64,000 nt of DNA from Octopus sinensis (Eukaryota): positions 24,118,001-24,182,000 of the forward strand of contig NC_043001.1 in NCBI RefSeq assembly GCF_006345805.1. The letters run 5' to 3'. Made by a program: the position numbers and the translations under genes. Positions 1-13,188 of the stretch are shown here, piece by piece (the stretch's first letter is position 1; every line of letters starts with the position of its first letter). Below the pieces are notes generated by a model. The model did not search any database, had not been told where the DNA came from, and saw only the letters and a list, made by a program, of their open reading frames with translations.

Positions 1-45
1 TTATATATATGTATGTATATATTGTATATATTATATATTATATAT

Positions 46-95
<50 letters not shown>

Positions 96-170
96 ATATA
101 TTATATTATGTATATATATATACAATATATATATATATATATTGTATATATATATATAATATATTTATAT

Positions 171-236
<66 letters not shown>

Positions 237-240
237 ATTG
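1..240. repeat. (TA)n microsatellite
   Basis: Direct reading; source of the spurious YI-repeat ORFs. Confidence 0.95.
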
Positions 241-743
241 TATACATACATAATTTTTTATATGCATATTATATATATATATAATTTTTAAAGATACATG
301 TGTGTGCGTGTGCGTGTATGTGTGTGGGTGCATAAAAATCTACGATAACCAATTTGTCTGTTGATATCGTCGTTTGTCCACCTGTCCACCGTTAATTGCT
401 TTTGTGCAGGACACCCACTTCTCTACCTGGTCTTTGTTAATTCTTAGAAATATACGATGCAAATCACGCCCACTCTTTTTCTCCATTCTTATTTTGATTT
501 TCATTTCCCACCACTTTGTTTTCTTCTTCCTCTCCTCTCTCTCTCTGTCCTTCTCTCTCTCTCACTCTCCCTCTCTCTTTTTTACTCTTTCCAAGAGCTG
601 CGCTCAGTCTTTCTATTAAATAATTTTATATTTAGTTTTCACTCTTCATTTCTTTTATTGTTTTTTCTCTAGTGTCTGGAAAGTTGTAAGCTAATGCAAT
701 GTTGATAAATGTGTGTGTGTGTGTGCACGGGCGCGTGTTTGAG

Positions 744-1235
<492 letters not shown>

Positions 1236-2317
1236 TGAGTGTAGGTGTGTATGTGTGTGGTCTTTAACGCCATGTTTGGTTAGTCTAGGAAAGAGATGTA
1301 AAGATGCTTCCTTGTGCTAAGAGAGAAAGTTAGCTGAGATTTCAGACTATGCATGTAGACATATTCAGCGCGCGCGCTTGTGTGTGTGTGTGCGCGTGCG
1401 CTTGTCTTAGGTGTTTCAGCGTGTGTGCTCGTGCGTTTTAAGTACCCGTGAAGTTAGTATTAGCCAGCGATAGAGTAGAAATATAACACGAACCAATACG
1501 CGGCTGGTTCTTATATGCTAATACACCCAATCAATATGGAATGGTCGGAGCCATATATCTATTATTTATCTATTTATTTATATCAATTTTTATGTAGTTT
1601 TCTGTTACTAAAAAAGATAATTTCTAAGAAAGTAATTTATTGCATTTCAGCTATTGTCCACAACACAAAAGCCACGCCTCACTTATTGCCAACCAATCGT
1701 AATAGAGCATCTTCACTTTGTGTTAGCTAATCAAAATGCAATGATAAGACCTTAATGCAGAAGGGTTAATATGGACAGGATCCTATAAAGAATAACCTAG
1801 AACAGTCGAATCCGAAGAAAGTCACGATGATCTTTATTAGTAAGAAGTAATACATAGAATTTCATGTTGAACAGTGGAATAGGACGAATGCAGTGAGGAG
1901 AGAGGGAAGTTCAACGTTTCGGAGAGGACCGTTTATCACAGAGGGAGAGGGAGCGAGAGAGATAGAGAGAAGAAACGTTAAGCGGTGTTGAATGATATAG
2001 GGAGGGTGGGAGGAGGAGGAGAGAAAAATAAAGTAGGAGGTGAATGAAGTTACAAATGTTCGTAGAGAGGGTGGAAACGACCAGAAACAAGGGGAAAATA
2101 AAAATAAAAATTGCAGTTTTGAAAATGCTTGAGATGGGGAGGAGGTAATGGCATTTATACACTTTACAGATAGGCAAATACACACACACACACACACACA
2201 CCACACACACACATAGAGACACGTCTTACTGAAACACTACGTGACATACATACATGTATACATACACAAATACATACATACACACATAGCTATGTATATA
2301 TTATATTACTATTTTTA

Positions 2318-2790
2318 TTGAGTGAGAGAGCAGTGCATGCCATCAAAGTGACACTAAGGTAAAATATACGAAGCCCAGTATACCCATCATGACTACCCGT
2401 CTGATAAGAGTACTCTAAGCACATGCATCACGACCATATGTGCGCGACATGGTGATCTCATATCAAGATAAACAGCACATGACCTTGCAAGTGGGGCCCA
2501 GTTAGAATTTTCTTCTGGTCGACTATCTCATACCGCTCAAAAGGTCCATGAATAAGGGCTGTTTAAGGATGGTGAACAAATCACCCATGTTTCCAAAGGT
2601 GAATATTTCAAACCCCAAAGAATCCCTCTCAACACATGGCTATGATGCTCTTCCACTACTTCTGCTCGTGATCAGAGATGCACATATCGTAAACCCCTAA
2701 GGGACATGTTCAAGTGGTTAAGGTCAAACAAGTGACAAGCAGATCTGTGGTATTGAGCAGAATATTTGTTGTAGCCCATGATAACACTTC
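2318..2790 (+). mobile_element. Unclassified interspersed repeat (family E), second copy inverted at 47578-48140
   Basis: Long shared segments with the reverse complement of 47680-48140 (e.g. aagcagatctgtggtattgagcagaatattt); both copies sit next to (TTA/AAT)-rich tracts. Confidence 0.75.
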
Positions 2791-2829
2791 CAATAATATC
2801 ACTATTATTATTATTCAGCAGTCTTATTA

Positions 2830-3385
2830 TTATAAAGCATGTGATAATTATCACATGCTTTCACTGCACTTTGTTGTGGTGCTCTTATTTTCACTGTATT
2901 GAGGTGTTTTACGTTGGGTGTGTGCAGTGCCTAGTAATGCTATTTTCTGTATGTTATATATACTTATAAGCTCTGGTGTTTTTGTTATGTCTGAATGCAT
3001 TTTTTATCATACCTAACGCACCTACTATGATAGGAATTGTTTCTGTTTTTAGGGACCACATTTGAGTTACCTCTATTTCCAGATCTTTGCATTTTGAAAA
3101 TTTCTCCGTTTCTTTTAGAGAAACATTGTCATCTGTTGGTATTGATACATAGTGTAGAAAGCATTTTTTTTGGCGGCTTCTGACAGTTATATCCGGCCTA
3201 TTGGCCTTAATTTCTCTATCTGTGTGTATTAGCATATATCAGACTATGGTTGCTTTCTCATTCTCTATGACCTTTTCTAGCGTGTGACTATACCATCTTT
3301 TTTCCCTTGTTATTCCATAGTGATGGTATCGCTTCCAGTGTATATAGCTCCCAATTCCGTCGTGTTTGTGCATATATTCCTTCTT
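2830..3385 (-). mobile_element. R4/Dong-like non-LTR retrotransposon 3' fragment, restriction-like endonuclease domain
   Basis: ORF 2954..3235 reads HTDREIKANRPDI...SIPTDDNV...EK..K.KDL.IE...MW...T..IPIIVGALG, the PD-(D/E)xK REL signature. Confidence 0.85.
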
Positions 3386-3888
3386 TGCCATGCTGGAGCA
3401 CCGCCTTTAGTCGAACACATCGATCCCAGGACTAATTCTTTGTAAGCCTAGTACTTGTTCTATCGGTGTCTTATGCTGAACCTCTTTGTTACGGGGACGT
3501 AGACACGCCACCATCGGTTGTCAAGCGATTGTGGGGACACGGACACACAAACTCATACATACGACGGGCTTCTTCCAGTTTCCGTCTACCAATTCCACTC
3601 ACAAGGCTTTGGTTGGCCCGAGGCTACAGTAGAAGACACTTGCCCAAGGTGCCACGCAGCGGGACTGAACCAGGAACCATGTGGCTGGTAAGCAAGCTAG
3701 TCTCTGTGTTTGTCCCCACCACCATCGCTTGACGACAGATGTTGGTGTGTCTACGTCCTCGTAACTTAGCGGTTCGACAAAATGCAACCGATAGAATAAG
3801 TACTAGGCTTACAAAGAATAAGTCCTGAGGTTGATTTTTTCGACTAAAGACAGTACTCCAGTGACTGAAACAAATAAAAGAGTGAAAA
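3386..3888. mobile_element. SINE family A: minus copy (3386-3697) fused to a plus-strand tail (3700-3888)
   Basis: Matches other family A copies; orientation switches at about 3698. Confidence 0.85.
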
Positions 3889-3890
3889 AA

Positions 3891-3965
<75 letters not shown>

Positions 3966-4009
3966 ATCTATCTATCTATATATGCGTGTGTGTATGTGTG
4001 TGTGTGTAC

Positions 4010-4380
4010 ATATCTCTTATATAAAATCCGTTCTGTCTGTGTGTGTGTGGCTTCTAGGATCTCGGGCATCCTCCATCCGATTGCGCTCAAATTTGATATA
4101 TAGATACCGACGGTATCAGGGCGTTTATAAGTTTTTGAAAAATAACAAAAACCGATTCCAGGTGACAATGCGATCGATAAAGCCGTGGGAAATCGTTTTT
4201 CTTTGGAATAGAAAAAAGTCTGTCTTTATTTCTACTTTTGCTGGTGTCTCAAATTTAGGTTAAATCAGTGTTTCTCAAGGGGAAGCCTATGGGACGGTCG
4301 GACAAGTTGTTTGGGGAAAATTTGGTTTAAATGTTTGACAACTCAGCACCGGCCATTGAACGGGGGGCGTTTTGCTTGTA
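4010..4380 (+). mobile_element. Helitron-like non-autonomous element
   Basis: 5' TC..TATATAAAA followed by GTCTGTGT; 3' GC-rich hairpin-like segment then CTTGT; second copy at 14490-15040. Confidence 0.6.
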
Positions 4381-5669
4381 AATGTATAAGCGCTATTTAT
4401 ACTTGTATTCGTCTGTGTGCAATTTTATTCGATCATCTGTTGTTATTTTTCTTTGCATTTATCTGTTTCCTCATCTGTTCACTTTCTTTATTTAAACATT
4501 GTCATCGTTATTTTTATAGTCTCAGTTTTCTGCTTGTTACTTAATGTGATTTAATTGAATTTTAATTTTGTTTTAGATTATTTTATGCTTAGTTTAATTT
4601 CTTTTATCTACTGATTTTCAATTTTAATCTTTATAAGTTTTGTTTTATATCAACAGCTATATTACGTGATTAATTTTTATGAGTTAGTGCAAGTGCCTTT
4701 GTGTTTATGCGTGCGTCTGTGAACATAATTTCTCCACATGCTATGCTTGTATATGTGTGACTCTGTATATCTGTTTATCATGGTCCTTTGATGAATACAC
4801 TTCCCGTCTGTCTAATTATTACTATCTGAAATTATGACTTTATTACATTGTTGCATTTCTATCACTTTGAACTGATTGCTCTATAAACTTGTAACCTGAT
4901 ACATGGTAGAGAAAAAATAGTTTCTTGTCAATTATCCTAAATTTTTTATTTGTATGTTTTACTTTCTATTAAATGATATTATCATGCTTTTTCTTAATAT
5001 TCATCATATACAAAATGTTCACCTAAAGTGTGATCCTTGGATTTTACATCCTTGGATTTTACAATAGTGTAGTGATGTTAGAATTATTGAAACAGCTGTA
5101 GGAATGAGATATCACTGAAGCTGATTTTTATTATCCTCTCTGATACACACACATATATACATGTACATATGTATATATGTATGAATTATGTATGTATATG
5201 TGTATGTATGTATATATGTATGTATATGTGTGTGTGTATATGTGTGCGTATGTATGTATTATGTATATATGTAAATATGTATGTATAGACACACACACAC
5301 ACACACACAAACGTACGCATATACATTCACATATAAATATGAATGTTTAATCATTTGCTTCTTTTATGTGTGATGCGTGTTTCAGTGTATGAATGTAAAT
5401 ATATGTGAATGAGTACGCGAATGTATGTGTTTATGTGTAATCCAAATGAATGGGGGAAAAACTCATTTCAAAGCGTATATATTAAAAGAGTGTATATAAT
5501 TTTTAAAATAAATATGCCTTTCTTTTTCTTTTCCTTTAGACTACACATATTATTATATAGCAATGAAGCCTGTTCGTTTTGCACTCTCGCAGGGTTTTTG
5601 CTTGAAAAGCCATTCCTGATATATTTCCCGAAATACGTATGCATCTATGCAAACATAGATCGTTTTAAG

Positions 5670-5703
<34 letters not shown>

Positions 5704-5776
5704 TGTATGTATGTATGTATGTATGTGTGTATGTATGTATGTATGTATGTACGTATGTATGTATGTATATACATAC

Positions 5777-5834
<58 letters not shown>

Positions 5835-7042
5835 CATATAAAAGGTGTGCGTTTATATATAAAAAATACTTGCATATATACGTGTCTATGTATGTAAGAA
5901 TATATATGTTTATATATGCATTGGTAAGTTTCCCACCGTTTTAATGATCTGTCACTCAGATACCCGTATTTTAACAATGGATTTGCTCATCTATCACCTA
6001 TTATTGCTTCTGTAAAGCAATGGATTTGAAGAAAAAAATCACGTTATTAAAATACATGTTTGCTAATATAATATGAAAATGGGATAAAACTCGATATCCA
6101 ACGAAATGGCGCTTATCTGCACCAAGAGAAATATGAAGTCGGTATAAATTCCAAAAGTTTATGTGGGATATCGAGAGGTCGTATGAGACGAGAGGAGACA
6201 AGGAGGCGATGTGACGGAGGAGAATATCAACTTCGTCAGAAAGGACGGAACCATTTGACTTTATCACATGACTGACAAACGTCGATCAAATGGTTAAACC
6301 ACTGAATACCATTTACAAAATACGTAAGCAACCGTTTCGCGCAAAACGGCGCGAAGAGTCCTACTCACCACTGTGTGTGTGTGTGTGTGTATGTGTGTGT
6401 GTGTTGTGCATCTCTGTATATACATACATATTCTCGTCTCTTGTGTACATAAATAATATTTACAAACATAATGTAAAACTCGTATACCGACCAACTCATA
6501 AATTTGAATAAACATATAAACATTATATCTTTGTGTGTGTGGAATATCTCTTCCAGATCGACGTTCAGATAATTCTATTCAGCAGTTCTTCGAATCAAAT
6601 GAAATATGATCATATTTTGGTATTCGCTGCCAGCATGCATGATGCTATATCCTTCATCATTCTGTATACACCCACTAAGGTTATACGTACTACTTTCATT
6701 CTTACTAGCTTATAAAAAAATATGGCACACGCTTTCGATTCCATTCTTTTTTTTATTGTTCACGATATGTGTAATACATATGGGGTTTCTTATCTTTAAA
6801 TAAGAATGAACTTTGGTGAATATGCGTAAAAGTGCTGAAGGTTAACAAGGATGTTCAAGACTAACAAAAATGTATACTGCACGGAAATACTATCAGCTGG
6901 GCCAGTCTGAAACGTATGTAGACTAACGGAAACACACTCTGCATGTACTCGTTCAGTGTTCTAATATTGATGGCCTTGTGGAGTTATCTGAATCGACCAA
7001 GAAACCAACCAAACAACAGAGCAAGCAAGAAAGCAAGTAACA

Positions 7043-7457
7043 AGGCAGCTGGCAGAAACGTTGGCACGCCGGACGAAATGCCTAGCGGTATTTCGTCTGC
7101 CGTTACGTTCTGAGTTCAAATTCCGCCGAGGTCGACTTTGCCTTTCATCCTTTCGGGGTCAATTAAATAAGTACCAGTTACGCACTGGGGTCGATATAAT
7201 CGACTTAATCCGTTTGTCTGTCCTTATTTGTCCTCTCTGTGTTTAGCCCCTTCTGGGTAGTAAAGAAATAGGTATTTCGTCTGCCGCTACGTTCTGAGTT
7301 CAAATTCCGCCGAGGTCGACTTTGCCTTTCATCCTTTCGGGGTAGATAAATTAAGGACCAGTTACGCACTGGGGTCGATGTAATCAACTTAATCCCTTTG
7401 TCTGTCCTTGTTTGTCCCCTCTATGCTTATCCCCTTGTGGGCAATAAAGAAATAAGA
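7043..7457 (+). mobile_element. SINE family B, dimeric copy
   Basis: gagctggcagaaacgttagcac-type head, gttcaaattcc B-box-like motif; internal unit repeated after the aaagaaata|ggtatttc junction. Confidence 0.85.
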
Positions 7458-8234
7458 AAGCAAGTAACCAACCAACCAACCAACCAACCAACATCTATAT
7501 CGGCTTTTATACACACACACACACATACGCACACATACACTCCCCTCTTACACACACACACATGCATTTTCTACCTTTTACTCTTTTTCTTGTTTCAGTC
7601 CATTTGACTGTGGTCATGCTGGAGTACCGCCTTAAAGGGGTTTTTAGTCGAAGAAATCGACCACTCGACTTATTCTTTGTAAGCCTAGTACTTATTCTAT
7701 CTGGCACTTTTGCCGAACCGCTAAGTAACAGGGACGTATACACACCAACATCATATATATGTGTGTGTGTGTACATATATACATACATACATGCATACAT
7801 ACATGCACACATACATACATACATACATACATACATACATACATACATACATACATACATACATACACACATACATTTTTACAATAATAATAATGACAGG
7901 TATGATATAACCCTTCGAAGAGTAGTGCCTCCTGCAGAAATTAGCTCAGTGGTTCTCAAACTAACAAATACCAGCCTTCCCCGCCCCGTACAATCACATA
8001 CACAAACACACGGAGTTTTATTGACCCTTTTCCTTTTTATCCATGAGAAGACAATATAAAGGTTGCATAGGCGTAGGAGTGGCTGTATGGTAAGTAGCTT
8101 GCTTACCAACCACATGGTTCCGGGTTCAGTCCCACTGCGTGGCACCTTGGGCAAGTGTCTTCTACTATAGCCTCGGGCCGACCAAAGTCTTGTGAGTGGA
8201 TTTGGTAGACGGAAACTGAAAGAAGCCCGTCGTA

Positions 8235-8265
<31 letters not shown>

Positions 8266-8266
<1 letters not shown>

Positions 8267-8668
8267 ACAAAGTGGAGTTGTAAGGTACCGCACGAGTGGA
8301 ATTATATATGAAAGAAGGTTTGAAAATGCAATTTAAAAAAATTTTTATTTACTTTACCGGTTTCACTTTTAAGAAAAAGATTGTCAAAAGTAACCTGTAG
8401 AAGTTTGGTTCTGCTAATTATTGGTTGTCACAAAATACTACAATACATATATACATTCTTTGGTAACAAGAACATGTTAAGAACATAAAAAAGTTTAACA
8501 AGTTCATTAAAATATTGGGCACAAAATATTACAACATATATATACATTCTCAAGAAAATGTTAAAGATAGTTTCCAGAAGGAATTATTAAAAAGTTCAGT
8601 GGAATATTGGTATTGTATCTGTATATACATACACACACAGAATATTAAAAGTTCAAAAAGTTTACATT
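8266..8668 (-). mobile_element. Probable Penelope-like 3'/pLTR fragment inserted in (TA)n
   Basis: TA tracts on both sides; carries an HHR motif close to its 3' end. Confidence 0.5.
8349..8393 (-). ncRNA. Minimal type I hammerhead motif, U3-A8 core variant
   Basis: ttactt-UUGACAA-t.ctttt/aaaag.t-GAAA-ccg-GUA-aagtaa; stem I is 6 bp perfect. Confidence 0.6.
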
Positions 8669-9612
8669 ATATATATGTATGTGTGTGTATATGTTTGTAT
8701 GTTTGTGTTTGTTCCCCCCTCATCGATGTGTGTTTACGTCCCCGTAACTTAGCGGTTCGGCAAAAGTGCCCAATAGAATAAGTAGTAGGCTTATAAAGAA
8801 TTAATCCTTACAAAGAATAAGTCCATCTTTACGTTCTGAGTTCTAATTCTGCCGAGCTCTACTTCGCCTTTCATCCCTTCGGGGCGCATAAAATAAGTAA
8901 CAGTTAAACACTGGGCTGATGTAATCGACTCCCTCCCTCCCTCCCTCCCCCAACAATGCTGGTCTTCTGCCAAAGTTTGAAACCATTATTTTTAATATGA
9001 AAGAATTTATGTGAGTTGATTATAAACTCGTTGATATGATCTTATGTAACTTTCTGCAAACTTCAGCAAGCATCCTGAACTTATCATATTTTTACGCATT
9101 ATTATTTACTAACATCATTCGTTTCTTTTGTGCCTTTGTTTATATTATACCCGATGCTTCTTTGCAGCAATTTTTTATCCTGTGCCGTCTGCGGTTTTAG
9201 TCCGTTGAGAATTACCTAATTTTTTGTTAACGATTTGAACGCATTTTGAAATACGATCGTTCACTTCTGTTTGTAATATTTCATCAATTATATGATTAAG
9301 CTGCATCAATTAATTTCATCTTGTCATATTATATATATGTGTGTGTGTGTGTGTGTACGTAAGATACATAAAACTTCTATACATTGCTGTCTTAAGGAAT
9401 GCATGTGCTATGATATAATGCCTATGTGGTAGAGAAACACCTTGAAGAAGGAAGATATTGCTAAACAGGCGATACTGTCTTCCATTGCCAATGAGGCAGT
9501 AAATGTATTGTTACCCGGCAAAGGCTTGAATGTGCCGCTATTTGAATTATTTATTGTGATAATTATATATGTAGCCTGTAGAGGGAATCCTTCATCGAGG
9601 AACGGTGCTTAC

Positions 9613-9655
9613 CATACGTTGATAAGAGGCAATGACCTCGAAACCGGTCCGTATG
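9613..9655 (+). ncRNA. Minimal type I hammerhead ribozyme, U3-A8 variant, at the tip of a hairpin spanning 9572-9699
   Basis: catacg-UUGAUAA-gagg(caatga)cctc-GAAA-ccg-GUC-cgtatg; stems I and II perfect. Confidence 0.75.
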
Positions 9656-9911
9656 TAGTATTCGTATCTTCGGGGAGGATGATCTCCCTTTACAGGCTAA
9701 CAAGGACACAGAGATGGTGTCGGTCCTTCTGGTGACGTCGATGATCGCCTGGGGCTAAAAGCATCAGTAACACCCCCACCACCCCGCCCTGTCCCTAGCC
9801 ACATTCAGATGGCTGATCCCCCTTACATTATTATTATTGTTCTAAATTATATATGATGACCAAATGAGTTTTCTCCCAAATATACATGCATACATGTATG
9901 TATGTATGTCA

Positions 9912-10005
9912 TTATTCAGTTCATTTCAAAATTTCTTGCCAATAGAGAAAGAACCGGCTTCTAACCTAGATCCAAGGCTCCTTCATTGGAACATCAACAA
10001 CAGGG
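9912..10005 (+). mobile_element. Short repeat (family H) embedded in (TATG)n; inverted copy at 31005-31100
   Basis: Shared ctaacctagatccaaggctccttcattggaa sequence. Confidence 0.7.
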
Positions 10006-10058
10006 TATTTTTGAATGTATGTATGTGTGTGTATGTATGTATATATATGTATGTATTA

Positions 10059-10094
<36 letters not shown>

Positions 10095-10661
10095 TGTATG
10101 TATGTATGTATGTAGGTACGTATGTATGTATGTATGTATGAATGTATGTATGTATGTATGTATGTATGTATGTATGTATGTATGTAGGTAGGTACGTATG
10201 GATGGATGGATGCATGCATGCATGCATGCATGCAGGCATGTGTGCATACATGTATTTATGTGTGTGCGTGTGTGTGTGTATGTATGTTACCTTTGTTTTA
10301 AAATTACTCGAATGTTTCCTGTAAAGAAAAAAATTGACTTCTAACAAGCAAACAAACAAAGCTTCATCACCGGAATTTCGGTAATAACATCACTGATGAG
10401 CTATATGCTGAACTTAAGAAATAAGTCGTACATATTTTTGCTGTTCCAGTCACAGATTGTATTTGAAAGGTGCGTGTCAGCGTGAACCCTGCCTCTGTGT
10501 GACTAAGTAAATGAGTGAGTTCAAGTAGATTTGTCATATAACGTGATTACATGTAATATATCCATTCCTGGAAGCTAAAACGGATAATCAATAGAACGTC
10601 TGATATATTGGCACTGTACACTTTACAAATCTTTATGATTTGAAAGATGTCAGTAAGCTTG

Positions 10662-10739
<78 letters not shown>

Positions 10740-10788
10740 GTATATATATGTATATATATAAGTATATATGTATATATATGTATATATA

Positions 10789-10869
<81 letters not shown>

Positions 10870-11019
10870 ATTCTGGAAAACCCCATTACTTCCAGGCCGG
10901 TAGTTTTTCTTCGTTTTACAGTTCAGGTAGGAATACTTATCTTGGTCAAATTTCATCTGTATATCTTTTGAGAATATTGTTGCACTCAGGTTAAGATTAT
11001 TCTTACCATATATATATTT

Positions 11020-11700
11020 TTTTTACTTTCATATTCAGGTCATCCGTGCAGAAATTGTCTAAGTTAATACTTCTCTCTTCCTGTGAACTAACCACATACT
11101 CTTCAAATCTCTTCCACACGATTATGACGAGGTCACTGCATGTATAAGCGCAACACATTGATAGAGGGCCTGTCTTCCTCGAAATATACCTCTACGATAC
11201 TTCACCTTATCAAAAATTCTACAATCTCTTCCTGTATTTAATTTCAGGATTATGACACAGGCAAGACTAGATCGTCTACGAGTTCGTTTGTGTTCTATGG
11301 AACTCTATCGCATCGAAAGGGATTGTAACACATACCGTTGAGAAACAGAACCAACTGCTCTCTTGTAGTTCAGACAGACTGCAATAAAATTCCTCCAGTG
11401 TTAGTGTATCTCTGATATCGTACTTTGTTGAGAAAACGTCACTCTGCACATTCTAAAACTCCTTCTTCCCAACTGCCTATTCGTCTGCCATGATATTTTT
11501 AGTTCTACTGTAATCCCAAACAAATGAGTATAATATGCTGTATATATTTTATGTATGCAATTAGCCAGTAGTTTGTTTGCCGTGTGAGTGGCAACGTTCT
11601 TTGGTATCAGAATTGTTTCCGCCAATGCCAGCCAGTTTGGTATGTTCATATTTCCTCTGTCTGTACGAAGGGAAAGACTGTCCAATATCAAAACCAAAAC
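11020..11700 (-). mobile_element. Decayed R4/Dong-like reverse transcriptase fragment
   Basis: IPNWLALAETILIPKN (P.WL..G.T.L.PK motif) and a downstream TDDL-like remnant of the YxDD motif; many lesions. Confidence 0.55.
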
Positions 11701-11712
11701 CAAAACCAAAAC

Positions 11713-11832
11713 TTCTTTACATTATTTACATTTCGACGGATATTTGTCCTCATCTTGTTTGTTGTTAACACAACGTTTCGGCTGATTTACCCTCAAGCCT
11801 TCATCAGGTGCCTTGGGGAAATTTTCGAACCT
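11713..11832 (-). mobile_element. Inverted partial copy of the HHR-bearing SINE tail (HHR at 11767-11812)
   Basis: Reverse complement of about 12118-12235. Confidence 0.85.
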
Positions 11833-11953
11833 GCATGTATAAGCGCAACACATTGATAGAGGGGGTGTCTTCCTCGAAATATACCTCTACGATACTTCAC
11901 CTTATCAAACATTCTACAATCTCTTCCTGTATTTAATTTCAAGATTATGACAC

Positions 11954-12023
11954 GGCATATGGCGTAGTGGTTAAGAGCGCGTGCTACTAACCCCAAGATT
12001 CCGAGTTCGATTCCAGGCAGTGA

Positions 12024-12091
<68 letters not shown>

Positions 12092-12282
12092 TCGAAAAAT
12101 ACCTGAGGAATGAGAACCCAGGTTCGAAATTTCCCCAAGACACCTGATGAAGGCTGGAGGGTATATCAGCCGAAACGTTGTGTTAACAACAAACAAGATG
12201 AGGACAAATATCGGTCAAATGTAAATAATGTAAATAATGTAAATGATGTACATAATTCCTCATCTCTTAAATATAGAACTGT
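11954..12282 (+). mobile_element. tRNA-derived SINE with (AAT)n linker and hammerhead-containing Penelope-pLTR-like tail
   Basis: A box TGGCGTAGTGG 11960-11970, B box GAGTTCGATTCC 12003-12014, (AAT)n 12028-12090, HHR 12139-12184. Confidence 0.75.
12139..12184 (+). ncRNA. Minimal type I hammerhead ribozyme motif
   Basis: gacac-CUGAUGA-a-ggctg/cagcc-GAAA-c-GUU-gtgtt; palindromic stem III (AACGUU). Confidence 0.75.
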
Positions 12283-12711
12283 ACAAAGCTTCTTTCTTCA
12301 CCTTTTTTTTTTCTCCAACCATTTTATAATTTTATTTTCCGATTCTAACAGCTGAGGAGAGTAACTCTATTTTATTTTCCCATTCGGCAAATATCGGCTC
12401 ATTACTAATGAACTTCCGGCGATAAACAATCTTTATTCTGTATTCTTAATCTCTAGTGGCATTTTTTTAACGTTTCCTTTTAGTTTACTTTATTTTCCAA
12501 AACTGCTCGTTTATGAAAAAGGAGTATAAATAGGCATGTGAATTATTACATTATTGTACATATTTTATGCCTACATCATTAATTACTTTCGACATTGGTT
12601 CTATAAATTTCTTATCATTGCTAATCAAAAATGGTATTTAGAAATGAATTCATCTTTTCTTGAAACATTTCATCAATAATATTTTTCAAGAGTTTATATT
12701 CTTCATTCTCA

Positions 12712-12930
12712 TACTCTTTTACTCTTTTATTTGTTTCAGTCATTTGACTGTGGCCATGCTGGAGCACCGCCTTTTAGTCGAGCAAATCGACCCCATGACT
12801 TATTCTTTGGAAGCCTAGTACTTATTCTATCGGTTTCTATTGCCGAACCGCTAAGTTACGGGGACATAAACACACCAGCATCAGTTGTCAAGTGATGTTG
12901 GGGTGGACAAACACAGACACATATATATAC

Positions 12931-13026
<96 letters not shown>

Positions 13027-13188
13027 ACTGGCTTCTCTCAGTTTCCATCTACCAAATCCACTGACAAGGCTTTCGTCGGCCTGAGGCTATAGTAGAAGAC
13101 ACTTGCCCAAGGTGCCACGCAGTGGGACTGAACCCGGAACCATGTGGCTGGTAAGCAAGCTACTTACCATACAGCCACTCCTGCGCCT
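12712..13188 (-). mobile_element. SINE family A, full-length with internal (TA)n
   Basis: Complete head to (aaagagt)n tail. Confidence 0.9.

Larger units (their letters stand above)
8069..8820 (+). mobile_element. SINE family A (tRNA-derived, CORE-like domain), split by an insertion in its internal (TA)n
   Basis: Head 8069-8234 (A/B-box-like tggctgtatgg/ggttcagtcc; accttgggcaagt); tail resumes at about 8700. Confidence 0.85.

Noticed and set aside
6335-6376. CACAGTG (Transib/RSS-like end) and TTTCGCGC E2F-like site
   Set aside because: The heptamer overlaps a TG microsatellite and has no partner TIR or nonamer; a single short motif is not enough
10361-10425. CTGATGA hammerhead candidate
   Set aside because: No correctly placed GAAA/NUH with supporting stems
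11954-12027. tRNA gene
   Set aside because: No complete acceptor stem and it runs into a repeat tail; treated as a SINE head
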